Assembly: GCA_051294375.1 (NCBI GenBank)
Contig: CM119266.1
Location: forward strand, 873,554 to 937,553
Length of the DNA stretch: 64,000 bases
Reading direction: 5' to 3'
Origin: Paraspadella gotoi
Lineage: Eukaryota > Animalia > Chaetognatha
Numbering within the stretch: position 1 is the first letter of the stretch; each line of letters begins with the position of its first letter. Both the position numbers and the translations under genes were made by a program. The notes below the pieces were generated by a model. It saw only the letters and a list, made by a program, of their open reading frames with translations. It was not told where the DNA came from and made no database searches. Below are positions 32,301-60,300 of this stretch, one piece after another.

Positions 32301-34572
32301 ATGCTGAATAAAAGTTCATAAATAAACCGCCAGGTTATCTTATGGCATAAAAGTTGTAAAAGTTGCAAATTTTTTTTATTCTTTCGTACGAGTTAATCCT
32401 TTACTCTTCTAGTAGGGTAGTCTGGTGATATTTTATTTTAATAAAGAAAATTTTTTTTCACGTGCTGACATGTGGCATTAAAGTTGTTTTGTGATAGCAT
32501 TGTGACATGGAAAGAAAAAAACTGTGATAATTTTTTTCTGCCAGGCCAACCATTCCACTTTAGGTCCCTTTTTTTATATCAAGATGACCAAATTTTTCTC
32601 GCGCTCCACCGGCAACGGCTTCCCAAGACGCCAAGCTTTCCAAATATGCTCATATTTATACTATTTATTACGGTCTTGTGGTTTACTAGTAACCTGACGA
32701 CATCCAGCGACGGAGGTTAAGTTCTCTTGTTGTATCAAAAAGAAAAATTAATTCTGATATTTATAGTTGATATCTGTCAATTTCAATGAAAAAAAGGGCA
32801 TTGGATGTGTTGCATGTGATTGAACAATGTTATCACAATAATAATTTTATCAATTTGATGTATTTTATAAGTATTTTAAGTATTTTTATTCAGTGAGTAA
32901 AATAACGACTTTTTTATTCGCTAATTTTTATCTCGGACGCTTAACGCCAGACTTCCCTACTTCTAGGATTGTTCCACCTCGCCCTCATTCTCCCTCCCAA
33001 TTTTCCTAATCACTTTATGTTCTCTTTCATCCCAATTATCGATATTCGATCTTTTTCATCCCAATTTTCAACGTTACGACCTCGTATCTCTTTTCATTTA
33101 CCTTTCGACGATTTGCCCGATTTTCCGCTTTTTTTGCTTGATTTTCCGCTTTTTTTGCTCCCTTTTCCTTTCTTTCCTCCTTTCCCCTTCTTCCCCTTGG
33201 CCGCCATTTTTGCTTTGATCGCCGCCCTGATTTTTTTTGCGGGAGGGGGGCGTAGAGGGTAAGACTTTAATATCGGGGATGAAAATTGGGAAGCTTTAGC
33301 TTGATCTCTTTAGCCAATCCTCCAACAAAACCCCCAGCCTGTGGACCCTGTGGATTCCACAGTGTGGAACTCATTCCAAACGCACTCTCCTCCCAAAACA
33401 TCTCCACCCCTTTGTCCTCACCACTCCGCGTCCGACATGGGCGGAGGTTCGTCGAGGAGCCATTGGCGGATGTGGCGCTGGGAGAATCTCTTTACATCCG
33501 CGTTCAACGTCCACGTCCAGCTGAACGAGATGAGAAAGTCAATTACGTACGGAAATTAAATTAATTAGTATTTTGTGGCGGTATATTCACTCCGCCTCAC
33601 ATCTACCATGGTTCAGCCAATCCCATTGACTCAGAGGGGGAAGGCACCATCCCAAGCGTTACGTTCTATCCACAGTCCTAAGGACTTCCCTCTGCGTTGG
33701 CAAAGAGAGACCGTCCTAGTGACTGTTGCCTTAATTTATTATTTTTTTGAATGATTAATTTTTAACATATTGAATGTCAATTGTCACACATCCCTGGGAA
33801 AATGTGATTACTGAAATTACTGAAGTTATATGTATAAAAGAAAAAAAAATTCTTTGGGTTGAAATGCTCATCACACCACATCGGGATGAAATGCTTGTAG
33901 GAAAGCCTGTATTCGATGTCGGGTCCGTGAATTTTCGGCGCTACCGGCCCTTTGTTGGCGCCGCCCTTAGCGCCCCCTTTGGCGCCTTTCTACGAAATCA
34001 AAAGTCAGGGGGAGAAAGATCTATATTTAAAATGGCTTAAGTCACGGAAGAACGAAACTTACCGTCCTCTAAGTCGGCCGCTAATCGCGTGTTTTAAAAA
34101 CCCTTCCACCCCGCCAATCGCCACCTGGCTTTCTGCCACTCTGCCCCTTTGCCACACTGCCGATCGTTCCTTTGCCACCACGCCACTCAACCCTATTCCA
34201 CCCTGCCACTCACCCCTTTCTTTCCTCCTTTCTTTCCTCCTTTGGCTTTGTTCACATTCTCTGCGTCAGATCTCGTTGGCGACGGCGAAGTCGACGGCGA
34301 CTGCGAAGACGACGACGAAGGCGACGGCGAACGCGACGCATCTCGCGACCGGTTCTCGTTTTTCAACGTGGCCGCCGACGCCCGTTCGTTGACCACTGAA
34401 ATTTGAAACCGATATCGTAAACAAATTGAATATTAAAAAATAATTGGACAACGAAAACATGAATATTTAATAATAACATTGAATAATAACCAGATCTGAA
34501 TGGAACAACTACCCGACAGCCGCTCCGATATTCTCGCTTTAATTGCTCCCATTTCCGAAGATCGAGACACAT
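29388..34572 (-). CDS. FAM194/ERICH6-like protein with a Lys/Gly-rich N-terminal region (about 13 exons)
   Basis: Spliced exons give YPNGKTWIALFDDGSGSVFHPSGRVAI, GSLRLVTDKRMGVALRPNGDFGRNWRW and IGVKIVSQERMFLDF..VSFNVG, the FAM194 domain pattern. Upstream exons encode KGKKGKGGKKG repeats. First and last exons are uncertain. Confidence 0.7.
32489..32838. mobile_element. Possible degenerate MITE in an intron
   Basis: 15-bp inverted pair TTGTGATAGCATTGT / ACAATGTTATCACAA (1 mismatch) about 350 bp apart; no TSD identified. Confidence 0.3.
33574..33733 (+). mobile_element. 160-bp TG...TA element with exact 4-bp TSD (ATTT); short relative of the Pol III/twister elements
   Basis: attt|TGTGGCGG...GTTGCCTTA|attt. 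Same TGTGGC..GCCTCAC 5' hairpin and GTTGCC(A/T)TA end as the 44217 element; shares GCACCATCCCAA with the 16695 element. Confidence 0.7.
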
Positions 34573-34875
34573 CGCGTTCGAACGCGGGACTTTCGAACAA
34601 CGACCGCGCTGACGGCGGCGGAAAGCTGCGTTTATTTGGGGGGGGGGGTGAATTCGAATAGAATGGAAGTTGAATGACTCAACGATCAATTCAGATGTAG
34701 TCACCTTAAAACTTTCGACGCCAGTTTTCAGGTTCAAAGACAACACAGTCACTTTTTTATTCTTACTGTTCCGGTCTTTTTCGATTAAACGCCGATTTTT
34801 ACTCCCGTTTTTATCGAGATAAACTTTTTTTTTAATTTTCTTGAAATTTTTTCGATTATTATGGAGACAACGATT

Positions 34876-34985
<110 letters not shown>

Positions 34986-35337
34986 AAAAATTGTTTCTTG
35001 CTCTCCTTTATCTACGATTCTACATGTCTTTTTGATATTTTTGGTAGAAAAACGTTAGTTGATCTGTAGAGATGTGATTAATGAGATCAAAATTAGTTAT
35101 TCTGGACGACATAATAAACCTGTGAATTCTCACGGAAAAGCTTTCTTTTATTTGCCTCGGGTTTATTTTTAATCGCATTCCCGGGATCAACTTATTTTTA
35201 TTTTTTTTACATTTATTTCTGTAAACAATAGGTGATTTCTGTGATGTAATTTTTTAAATAATTATAGTCAATGAATTCATTCCTGAATTACATCTCACAC
35301 ATATCATGCAACCAATTTAAAAGTATGTGTTGTATAC

Positions 35338-35941
35338 TAAGGCGTAGTGAAAGTTACATACAAAAATTCTAAAAGTCAATTATGAACAACATACCATCAG
35401 TGAACATTAATTTGTAAAAAAAATTAATTTTATGTTTTTTAATTTTCGCAGTAGGCTATATTTATATATAGTACTATCCTTATAAAATCGAAAAATTTCA
35501 AATTAGGCTTTTCTTAATTTTGATTGCAGATTTGAATTTCTCGTCAAAAGTTTATAAAAGAAAATATAAATCATTTTTAAAAATTCTTTCATTAAGTGGG
35601 TTAAAAATTAAAAAAACTATATTTAAAAAATTAATTTTCAGCTTAAAATATAGCTTTTTCTAATTTTTGACCCACTTAATGAAGAAAATTTTCAAAAAGA
35701 TTATATTTCTTTTTATCAACTTTTTATGACAAATCCAAATCTGCCAAAAAATCTTAGAAAAAACTGTTTTAAAATTTTAACATTTATTGGTTTAGTACTA
35801 GTATAAATATGGCCTACTGCGTAAATTGTAAAATTTATTATAAATTTTTTTTATGCATAAATGTTTATAAGTATAATGTTGTTCGTTCTTCACTTTTAGA
35901 TTTTTAATTAAAGTTAAACTTAGGAATTTTACTACGCCTTA
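35338..35941. mobile_element. hAT-type MITE, 604-bp imperfect palindrome with 8-bp TSD
   Basis: ttgtatac|TAAGGCGTAGT...ACTACGCCTTA|ttgtatac. Inverted matches run along the whole length (e.g. TTCATTAAGTGGGT / ACCCACTTAATGAA). An 8-bp TSD and TAAGG ends fit hAT. Confidence 0.85.
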
Positions 35942-35956
35942 TTGTATACAATTATA

Positions 35957-36197
35957 TTGTGTATAAACTATCAATTTCGTTGCGTTTTGAAATTTAGGAG
36001 AAAAAACAATTTATTTGTTTTTATCAACGAATTGTTTTATTGTTAATTGTTAATACATGTTTCGACTCTTGAGTTTTAGAGTCTTCATCAGTTATGTTAT
36101 GATGAAGACTCTAAAACTCAAGAGTCGAAACATGTATTAACAATTAACAATAAAACAATTCGTTGATAAAAACAAATAAATTGTTTTTTCTCCTAAA
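35957..36197. mobile_element. Penelope-like insertion: perfect 99-bp inverted repeat carrying two minimal hammerhead cores, 12-bp TSD
   Basis: Arms 35992-36090 and 36100-36198 with a 9-nt loop. Core (C/A)TGATGA-A-GACTCT..AGAGTC-GAAA-CATGTA on each strand. TATACAATTATA at 35945-35956 and 36198-36209. Confidence 0.75.
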
Positions 36198-36266
36198 TAT
36201 ACAATTATACAATTATACCTGTTTGTTAGATTGGATTCGCTCCTCAGGCGGCATAAACTTTTAACA

Positions 36267-39861
<3,595 letters not shown>

Positions 39862-41084
39862 TTGAAAGACGAGTTAATTTAATATTTAACATATTTAATA
39901 TGCAACAAACGAATCAGTTTGATTTGCTCGTTCATGAAATTATTGAATAAAAAGACAGCGCTCAAAAAATTTGCTCGAGTTGAAAGATTAAAAGCGACGT
40001 TACTTATTACCCGCATTCAGAGAGATAGAGATGGAGACGAAGCAATGACCCCCATATTTCTCCCCCTGGACCATCTTGGGTCTCCATGGAACCGACTTCA
40101 TCATTTTTTTCTTTTCAGATTTTTTTCCCCTTCATTTTATCTTTCATTTTATCTTCTTCGTTTTATCTTCTTTTTTTCCTTCTTCCATTTTTTGGTTCCA
40201 GAGAATTCGAATGAACTTTTTTTGCCCCTTTTTCGATTTTCGTGCGATGAGAAAACGAAATTAAAATTTCAATTTCTTTCTTTTCCCTTCTTTCCTCCCA
40301 TTTTTTTCCCGAAAACAAAAATTCTATAAATTTATTGCAAGTCGCCATTTCTCAATTTGTTCAATCGTTTTTGATTATTGAAAAAACTAACACCGAACCC
40401 ATTTTAATTATTGCAAAGTGTTGCTCCCATTTTTTTTTTTTATTTTCTCTTTTTTTCCTTCTCCATCTCCACCTCTTTTTTTCCTCTCCATCGTTCATTC
40501 ATTGTTAGTTTATTTCTTTCTTTCTATGATGAACTGTCAAATTATATGAAGCGACTAAACGGACGAAAAGTAGATTACTCGTTGCCTCAAGGTTACTTTT
40601 TCCTTTTTTTCTTTCTTTTTCTCTTTTTTCATTTTTCTTTCTTCCTCTCTATTTCCTTTTCTTTTCGTCTTCCATCAAAGCGAGGTCGCCGACCCAAAAC
40701 GCATTTTATTCAGATTAATAACAACATGCCAAAACCGAGGGAAATTAATGTCTTCCTCGACCCACCTATCTCCCCTTACCTATCTCCCCTTACCTCCGAC
40801 ACACCTCTCCGTCCTTTCATCCATTTTTCCATCCGCCTTCCTAACCCCGACCGACAGATGCCCCAATGGAATCGCCTGATGCCTTCCAAAATTCCATCGT
40901 CTTTTGTCTTTGTTCCTCTCATGGAATTTGAATCCCCAGAGTTTTAAAGAAACCATTTCCAGGAATGACGAAAACGACGAAGAAGACGACGGCGCCCCTC
41001 TTACGTCATCATTCGACGCCGCCCCCTCAAAATCTTTATTCCAAAAAACGCCGCTTATTACGGCGTCATTTGTCCTTTTCTACG

Positions 41085-53117
<12,033 letters not shown>

Positions 53118-53761
53118 ACCAAGGAGAATTTAAGCGAAACTAGTGAGATTGTGATTTAGTCCAGATGTGAAAACAATCTTAAAGTCTGTGGAAACAGGCA
53201 ATGCCCGAAATGGTGCTACCTTTTTTACTATATATTTATCGCTTTTCATTTATATACTTTTTGACGATGGCAATAACTCTTTTGTCTAATTTCTGACGTA
53301 CGAATTTATACATAATTAAGCACATTATATATTTAAATATCTAGCTAATTAATATTATGTCTTATTTATTGCACTGTTTCAATTAGCTTTTGCTGCAGTT
53401 ACAAAATATATCTGATGCTACAACTTTAAAATAAACCAATTCATCGTTAAACGAATTAGTTCAGCTTAAACGGGACGAGGAATGTTCGAATAATTATAAT
53501 AAACTACAAGCTTCGCAATGTTTAGAAATGAAACTTTTTCCATTTATCATACCATACCATAGCTCAGCAATGAACGAACTCTGACACTGAAAATAAAATA
53601 ACGATGACAAAACAAAAAAACAAACAAATTAAAATCCACTTAAGTCTTAACGAATCACTCGTCTCCACAAACCCAGCGCACATCAACTACAACAAGTCTG
53701 TGCTCGAACGCAGTTTGAACTCGAAACTGAGAGTCGACAAAGTAGGGCAGCGGGACCCGTG

Positions 53762-54140
53762 ATTGGACGAAGCGAAGTCATTGGTCATATGATTACCGAC
53801 TAAATTAATTCTACGAAACGCTATTGGTCGAGAGCAGTTTCAGACCCGAATTGTTATTGGTCCCCATTTTCTTATGTAGCTAAGTAGGAATATAACAAAA
53901 GGGCCGAGGTTCCGTAATGATTATATATTAAAACAAAGAGTTCGAACCGTGGATTGCTTTGATACGAAACGGCGAGCTATAGATTTTTTCGAGAGATGAA
54001 TAGAAAAAACCCGGAGTTCTCCTTATGAAACAAGTGAGTTCTCGGCTGTTTCTTTCTCTACTTCAGTCTTTCCCGACCTGATAGATACACAAACTCAGCT
54101 GGATGAGCGAACTCAAAAACCACGGACAGCCAATGACGCG
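53762..54140 (+). promoter_or_regulatory. CCAAT-box cluster upstream of ZFYVE1 (putative NF-Y promoter)
   Basis: ATTGG at 53762, 53780, 53823 and 53856 and CCAAT at 54130, in a CpG-richer stretch 250-630 bp before the ATG. Confidence 0.4.
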
Positions 54141-54392
54141 CCTTCCTCGCAACGTTAATCGTGGCGTTCTCAAAGACTGAAAGGATCTCTCTTTCTCTCC
54201 CTCTGTTTATCTGGTTCAACGAAGAAAGGCTCATCGGTAGTGTTGCCCCAACCTTCGCAATAATTTTTCATTCCTGTTTTATTGATAACAAACGAAAAAC
54301 TAACACATTAATATCTTGAATTTCTAAACTCAGTGACTCCCCCAAACGACTGACCCCTTCCACATCCCTTCGACACTCCGCCATGGTCAAGA

Positions 54393-57300
54393 ATGAGCTC
54401 TAAGCTCGTCGTCGGGGTAGCACAGGGCGCGTCGAGTAAAAAAAGCGTCTCCCAACGAAAGACTCGAAGCTCGAAGACACTGTGCAAAGAACGCTTGGCC
54501 TGCCTCAGCTTGACCAGCGAAGTGACAGTCTCCTGCGAGGAGTGCAATCTGTCAATGTGTAGGGAGTGCGACTCTGGTGAGTGATATTTATCTCGGTAGT
54601 TATCCTTTTGAGGAATTTCGCTTGCCTAATCCTATATACGTAATTTGAGTCACAAAGAGCATAGTTTTATGTGGATATAACAGGGGGTGACTTAATTTTC
54701 GTAAATATGAAATAATTTATCTCCCTGATTTCCCAGAAATTCACAAACCGGAGAACAAGAGATATCACAACCACATCCGCTCAAAACCTTTGCCTCCTAA
54801 TCCTCAATTATTGTGCCAAAACATTCGTCAGGTGAGGCGAAAAGTTTGCTCAGTGAAAATAAATAAAATTAATAATTTCTTTCAACTTCATCGCATACAC
54901 CAGAAGGATTGTAATTCACGAATATATTTTTATAATGGAGAAAAAAAGAAAAAGAAAAAGAAAAAAAATATTTTTTAACAAATATTTCGAATAAAAAAGA
55001 GACTAAAAGATTTAACTACTGATAATGACTTTGCAATTCAGTCGAAATATTTTGGAAAAAAAATTTATACTGTTATTGCAGTGTTCTCCATTCTAAAAAT
55101 ATGCTCGTATATTGAAATTAAGAATTTGAAGTATAAAAAAATATGTAATTACCAGTATAATTACAGCATTGACACTGATTGTCCCCAGTGCACGGAGAAA
55201 AACTTTGCCGACGTGACTTGTGAAACCTGTCTGTTAAATTTGTGTCACGGTTGTGATCGACTAATTCACTCGACTCCGCCGAAGAAAAAGTTGCATAAAA
55301 GGAAGACGTTCAAAGGTCAGACCTAAATAAATTTAAACAAACAATGGATACTATTTCCTTTTTTTATTAATCCCGTAATTAATAACCACGTAAGAAATGA
55401 CAAATCGAAGCAAATCAATAATCAAAAAATCTAAATCAAATAAAATTGTTTTTAAACTATGATTCATTTAATTTTTTGATTGAAAATAAAATTTTATCAC
55501 CAAGCAAAAGTGAAATTAAACTACATTCATTTATTCATTCATTCATTCATTCATTCGTTTATTCATTAGTTTTTTTCCTTCTTTCCTCCTTTGTTCATTC
55601 ATTCATTCCTTCATTCATTATTAATTAATACATTCATACATTCATTCATTGAATCCAGTCGACTCCTACTCTCTCGAGAACGGGATCGACGACGTTGTGG
55701 TCCTCGATCCTCCGCCGACTTCCGCCCTCAACGGATTCGATGAACAGTTGGAGGAGTCGTCCTCTAAATTCTTTTCTTGCGTCTCGGCGCCGAACGTAGC
55801 GCGCCGAAAATCGAAGGTTTCCGCGGGGGGGGGGAGTTTGGAATTGTCTTAATTACAGATATACGGCGGAAACGGATTAGAATTTTGTAATCAGTCAACG
55901 GATAGTTAAATAGTAATAAATAAGTCAGCTCGTTTTTTTTTCCTTTTATGTTTCTCAATCGTCAACGATTATTCAATCATATTTTAACTGTTATTCGGCG
56001 CGTTATAATTCAAAACATGCTTTCTTTTTAATGTAACGCTCTCACCAATCGTAAAATATATTCATTCAAATTCTAAATCATCAAAAATAGTAATTCTGTT
56101 CCTTTTCCACTTCCGAGCTTTATTATTATTTTATCGCTTAAATGTCCTAGTAAACTTTAAATCAATCTAGTGAGGCGACGTCTCAGGTCTGCTCCCTTAC
56201 TAGTAAACTATAAATGGATCAATCTAATAAAAGAACCCATGTCCATCTGCCCACAGCCACAACCCGATTCCAAAACACATTCCGTCCATCCTCCAGTTCG
56301 TTGCGTCTCAGACTTTCAACTCATTGACTCGGCTCTTCCTCCATCCGACTTCACTCTGACCGGATCGGCGCCGCTTACCGGCGCCGGGTCCGCGCCGCCG
56401 GGGTCTCGCGTCGCTTCAGACGGCGAGGACGCCGGAAAGAAGAAAGCAGGTTAAAAAAAAAATAGGCTGGAATTTTTAGATGGAATTCCTATTTAAATGA
56501 CTACTACCGTACTCCGTTAGTTTCTGTACCTATTATATTTACAGTATTCCTGTAAAAACAGGCCATAATTTAAAATTACATATTTAGGTCAGTTCCTTTT
56601 TTTTAAAAAGAATTCGAACCTTTTTTTTGGGGGGGGGTTTGTTTTTTGTTCCGAAATATTTTATTTTCTATCTTTATATTCAATTCTTATTTTTTTCCCG
56701 AATCTTATTACCCGGACATTGTAAATTAGTTTCAGTTTGCATGAAGTCCTTCTTTCTTTCCTTTCCCTACTAAATATCTTAATCTAATGTTTTCTCAAGT
56801 GACTTGACGATCAATGGCGAAACCGCTTCAGTCCTCTGGTTATGGTTTTCTTTTTAATTTAGCCTCAGATGGCCTCTCTCCTTCACTACGTAATTCCCCT
56901 CTCCCCAGATGGCGTAACCCTCTCTCGATCGGCGCCCGACATGGAGGACCTTCAGTCGATCCTCGATGAGGTCGACGCCGACGCCGCGCGAACGTCGGTG
57001 CGCCGACCCAGCGACGGACGGTTTGAGTCGCCTGGAGGATCTTTGGAGCATCCCTGGAATAAGGTTGAAAGCAATTTTTCTTTTCTTTTTTTTTTTCCTT
57101 TTTCTTTTCTTTTTTTCCTTTTTCTTTTCTTTTCTTTTCTTTTCTTTTCTTTTCTTTTCTTTTCTTTTCTTTTCTTTTCTTTTCTTTTCTTTTCTTTTCT
57201 TTTCTTTTCTTTTCTTACAATCTTAATAGTCCAGATCATCAGGCTAAGAAAATCAACGAAGTATGGTGGACTAAAATCCACCAACCATCAATCATTATTG

Positions 57301-60300
57301 TCTCTTCAGCAGGAAAAGAACTGTCTCGCTCGTCTCTCTTGACCGACAATAACCGACAATAACAAAACCAATTCTAACAAAATTACAATAATCAATACAA
57401 CAAGAATTCCCCCTTCCATCAGGTGCCCGAGGATGAGCGCAAGGCCCGCCTCTCTCGTTGCGAGAGCGTCGCTCTCTTCAACGATCAGGACGAACTCGTC
57501 ATCAAGTCTGCCAACGGCGTCGCGGAGAAGCTCAACATCTCCAAGTCTGACGCCGGTCAGTCAGTCTGTCTTTGAGTCAGTCCGTCCGTCTCTGTCAAAC
57601 TAGTGAAATCGGACTGTCTGCCGGATACCCTGACAACTCTGTTTATCTGTCGTTTATCTGACTGAAAATATGTTTTGTTAGTATGTTCCTGTTAGTTTCA
57701 CAGGCTTAATCTTCTTCTTCCTCCCCTGCCCGATGCTTTCCTATTTCCCAACTCTCCCCTTGCCCCCCCCCTTACCCCCCTTGCCCCCCTTCCTTGAAAA
57801 AGGCGCGGTCAAAGTTCTCTCCATCTTCGGCAACACCGGCGACGGAAAGAGTTACACACTCAACCACACCTTCTTCGGCGGGGAGCACGTCTTCCTCACC
57901 TCGGCGTCGCAGGCCGCGGGGACCTTTGGTGAGTTTTATTTAAGTAAAAAAGAAAGTCGTTGTACTCTTCAAGCAAAACCGCTATCGAGATTTTCTCAGA
58001 ATCGTCGCTAGATTTTCAGAGAATTGTCAACGTGAATCTTTTTTGGGCCGAAATGAAAAACTGCTGTATTCGCGCTATTTGATCCATCAGTAATCCGCCC
58101 CTTTACCAATTCCCCCTGCGTAATTACCCAATAACATTGAGCCCACAAACCCACGCACCCCACAAAACCAGGCGTGTGGGCGGCCTTCGATCCTTTCCAC
58201 AAAATGCTCGTTCTCGACACGGAGGGTCTCCTCGGTTCCACCGCCAACGCCAATCGAAGGACGAGGATGCTGCTCAAAGTTTTGGCCATTTCCGACATCG
58301 TCATTTACAGGTGGGTGGATGGAAAGGGGAGGGAGAGAGAGAGAGGGAGAGAGGGAGAGAGATACAGAGAGACTGTGTGTGTAAAAAAGAAAGAGTATCA
58401 GAAATGGCAAATTGTCAAATCCGAATGAGAAATGTCGCATGATTGATGATGATACTTCACCGTGTTTACAAACAAGCTTACTATTACATGAATGCGTCGT
58501 TAACATTGAATTAAACTTTCTTAACTCTCCGAACAGAACTCGAGCCGAACGCCTTCACACGGACATGTTCAATTTCTTAAGCGACGCGTCCGAAGCTTAC
58601 GAGAAACACTTCACCAAAGAACTCCAGGCCGCTTGCGATCGAGGGGGCTTGCAGGTCTCTGACGCGGGTCCTCCTTGGGCCTAGAGGTCTTGGAGCCTCC
58701 TTAATTATTGACTACGAAAACGATGACGATGAAAATTTTAAGTTTGAGACATCGCTTGTTAACGAGATATCGTATCGTCCATACCTTGACTTAAAGGGAA
58801 GCATATTTAATAACTGGCCCGCTGCAAACCACAACAGAAGCTACAAAAAGAACGAATGTGAAGACTTAAACTTAAACTTACTTCCAACCAACTTTCCCCA
58901 TTTCCTGCGTTCCAGGTGAGCGTCGCCAACATGGGTCCCATGTCTATAGTTTTTCACGAAACTCAATACACGGCGACTCTGGGCCAAGAATCCAGCGACA
59001 GCAACTTGCTGCAACCTTCCGCGGTCGAGATTCTGCAGCAAAAGTTCGTCAGCCTCAAAAGGAGCATCGCCGCTTTCTCTTGTCTGCAATATGTCGGTTC
59101 GTGCAGAGGTTTTTGGCTAATTATTATTATTATATTATCATTATTACTAATAAATTTGATGTCATAATGGCACAATCTGGCGTTATGATTTTGTTCATTT
59201 ATTTATTACGGACTATTGTTATTACACTTACAGGCATCCGTACTCCCCCCGGATCGACGACCGACTTCAAGCCTCTCCGCAAGCTCGTCTACTCGTTCCT
59301 CCGCAACAACTCTGTCCGCTCCCCACGCTCCCTCAAGGTCGTCCTCAAGACGCTGCAGGTTCTGCAGGAAAAGTTCTCCGGCGAAATCTCCGAGGCGTCG
59401 AAGCCAGCCTTTCCCGACGAATACTTCACCTGCAGCACGAGGTTCTGGTTGTTGCGGCAATTAATGCTTTTAATTCTGGACAAAATGTTCAACGTTGTTC
59501 TAAATACTTTTTTCAGATGCTTATCCTGCATGGTTCGATGCGGCAGCAGCATGAACCACGAGAAGGACGGCATTCCGCATTCCTGCCTGACGACCAGATG
59601 CAGATTCCAGCATCAGTACGAAAACCGCGTCTTCCTCTGTAAGAAATGCCTCAATGAAGGGATGGAGACGATCGTAGTGCCCAAGGCCACGTCGTCCAAG
59701 GTTTGCCAGTTGATTTAATCGATTGATTGATTGATTGATTAGATTAGAATGTTTGTGTTTGGATGATTTATTGGTTTAAGAATACTCGATTAAGTGATTG
59801 AAATTTAATGATTGATTAGTTTTAATTCGAATTTGAAAACTTTTAATTAGATTTGATTGATTGATTCAATGCATTTTGAATGATTGATCGAATTTTATTG
59901 ATTTTATTTTTATTTTATCTTTTCCCACTTTTTCCTCCCTTATTCCCAGGACAATGCCTGGTTGGGTCTTGCTAAGTACGCCTGGAGCGGCTACGTGCTT
60001 GAGTGTCCCTCTTGCGGCATCATCTTCCGGAGCCGCCAGTTCTGGTACGGAAACTCCGACCCTGCGGCAGACGCTACCGTCGTCTCCACCGAAGTGCGGC
60101 ACGTTTGGCCGGGTAGAGGATCAACGGTCCTTCAAGGAACGGAGAATGCGGCACGTCACCTTATTGGTTAGTCGTTTGAGGATGGGGTGGGGAAATAAAA
60201 CAAAAACAAAAACGGGTTTAAAGTTAATGTAGTATTGCAAATCAAAACCAAGAAAATAGAATAACAACGACCAACGAACAACAAGTGAACAACCCTCATT

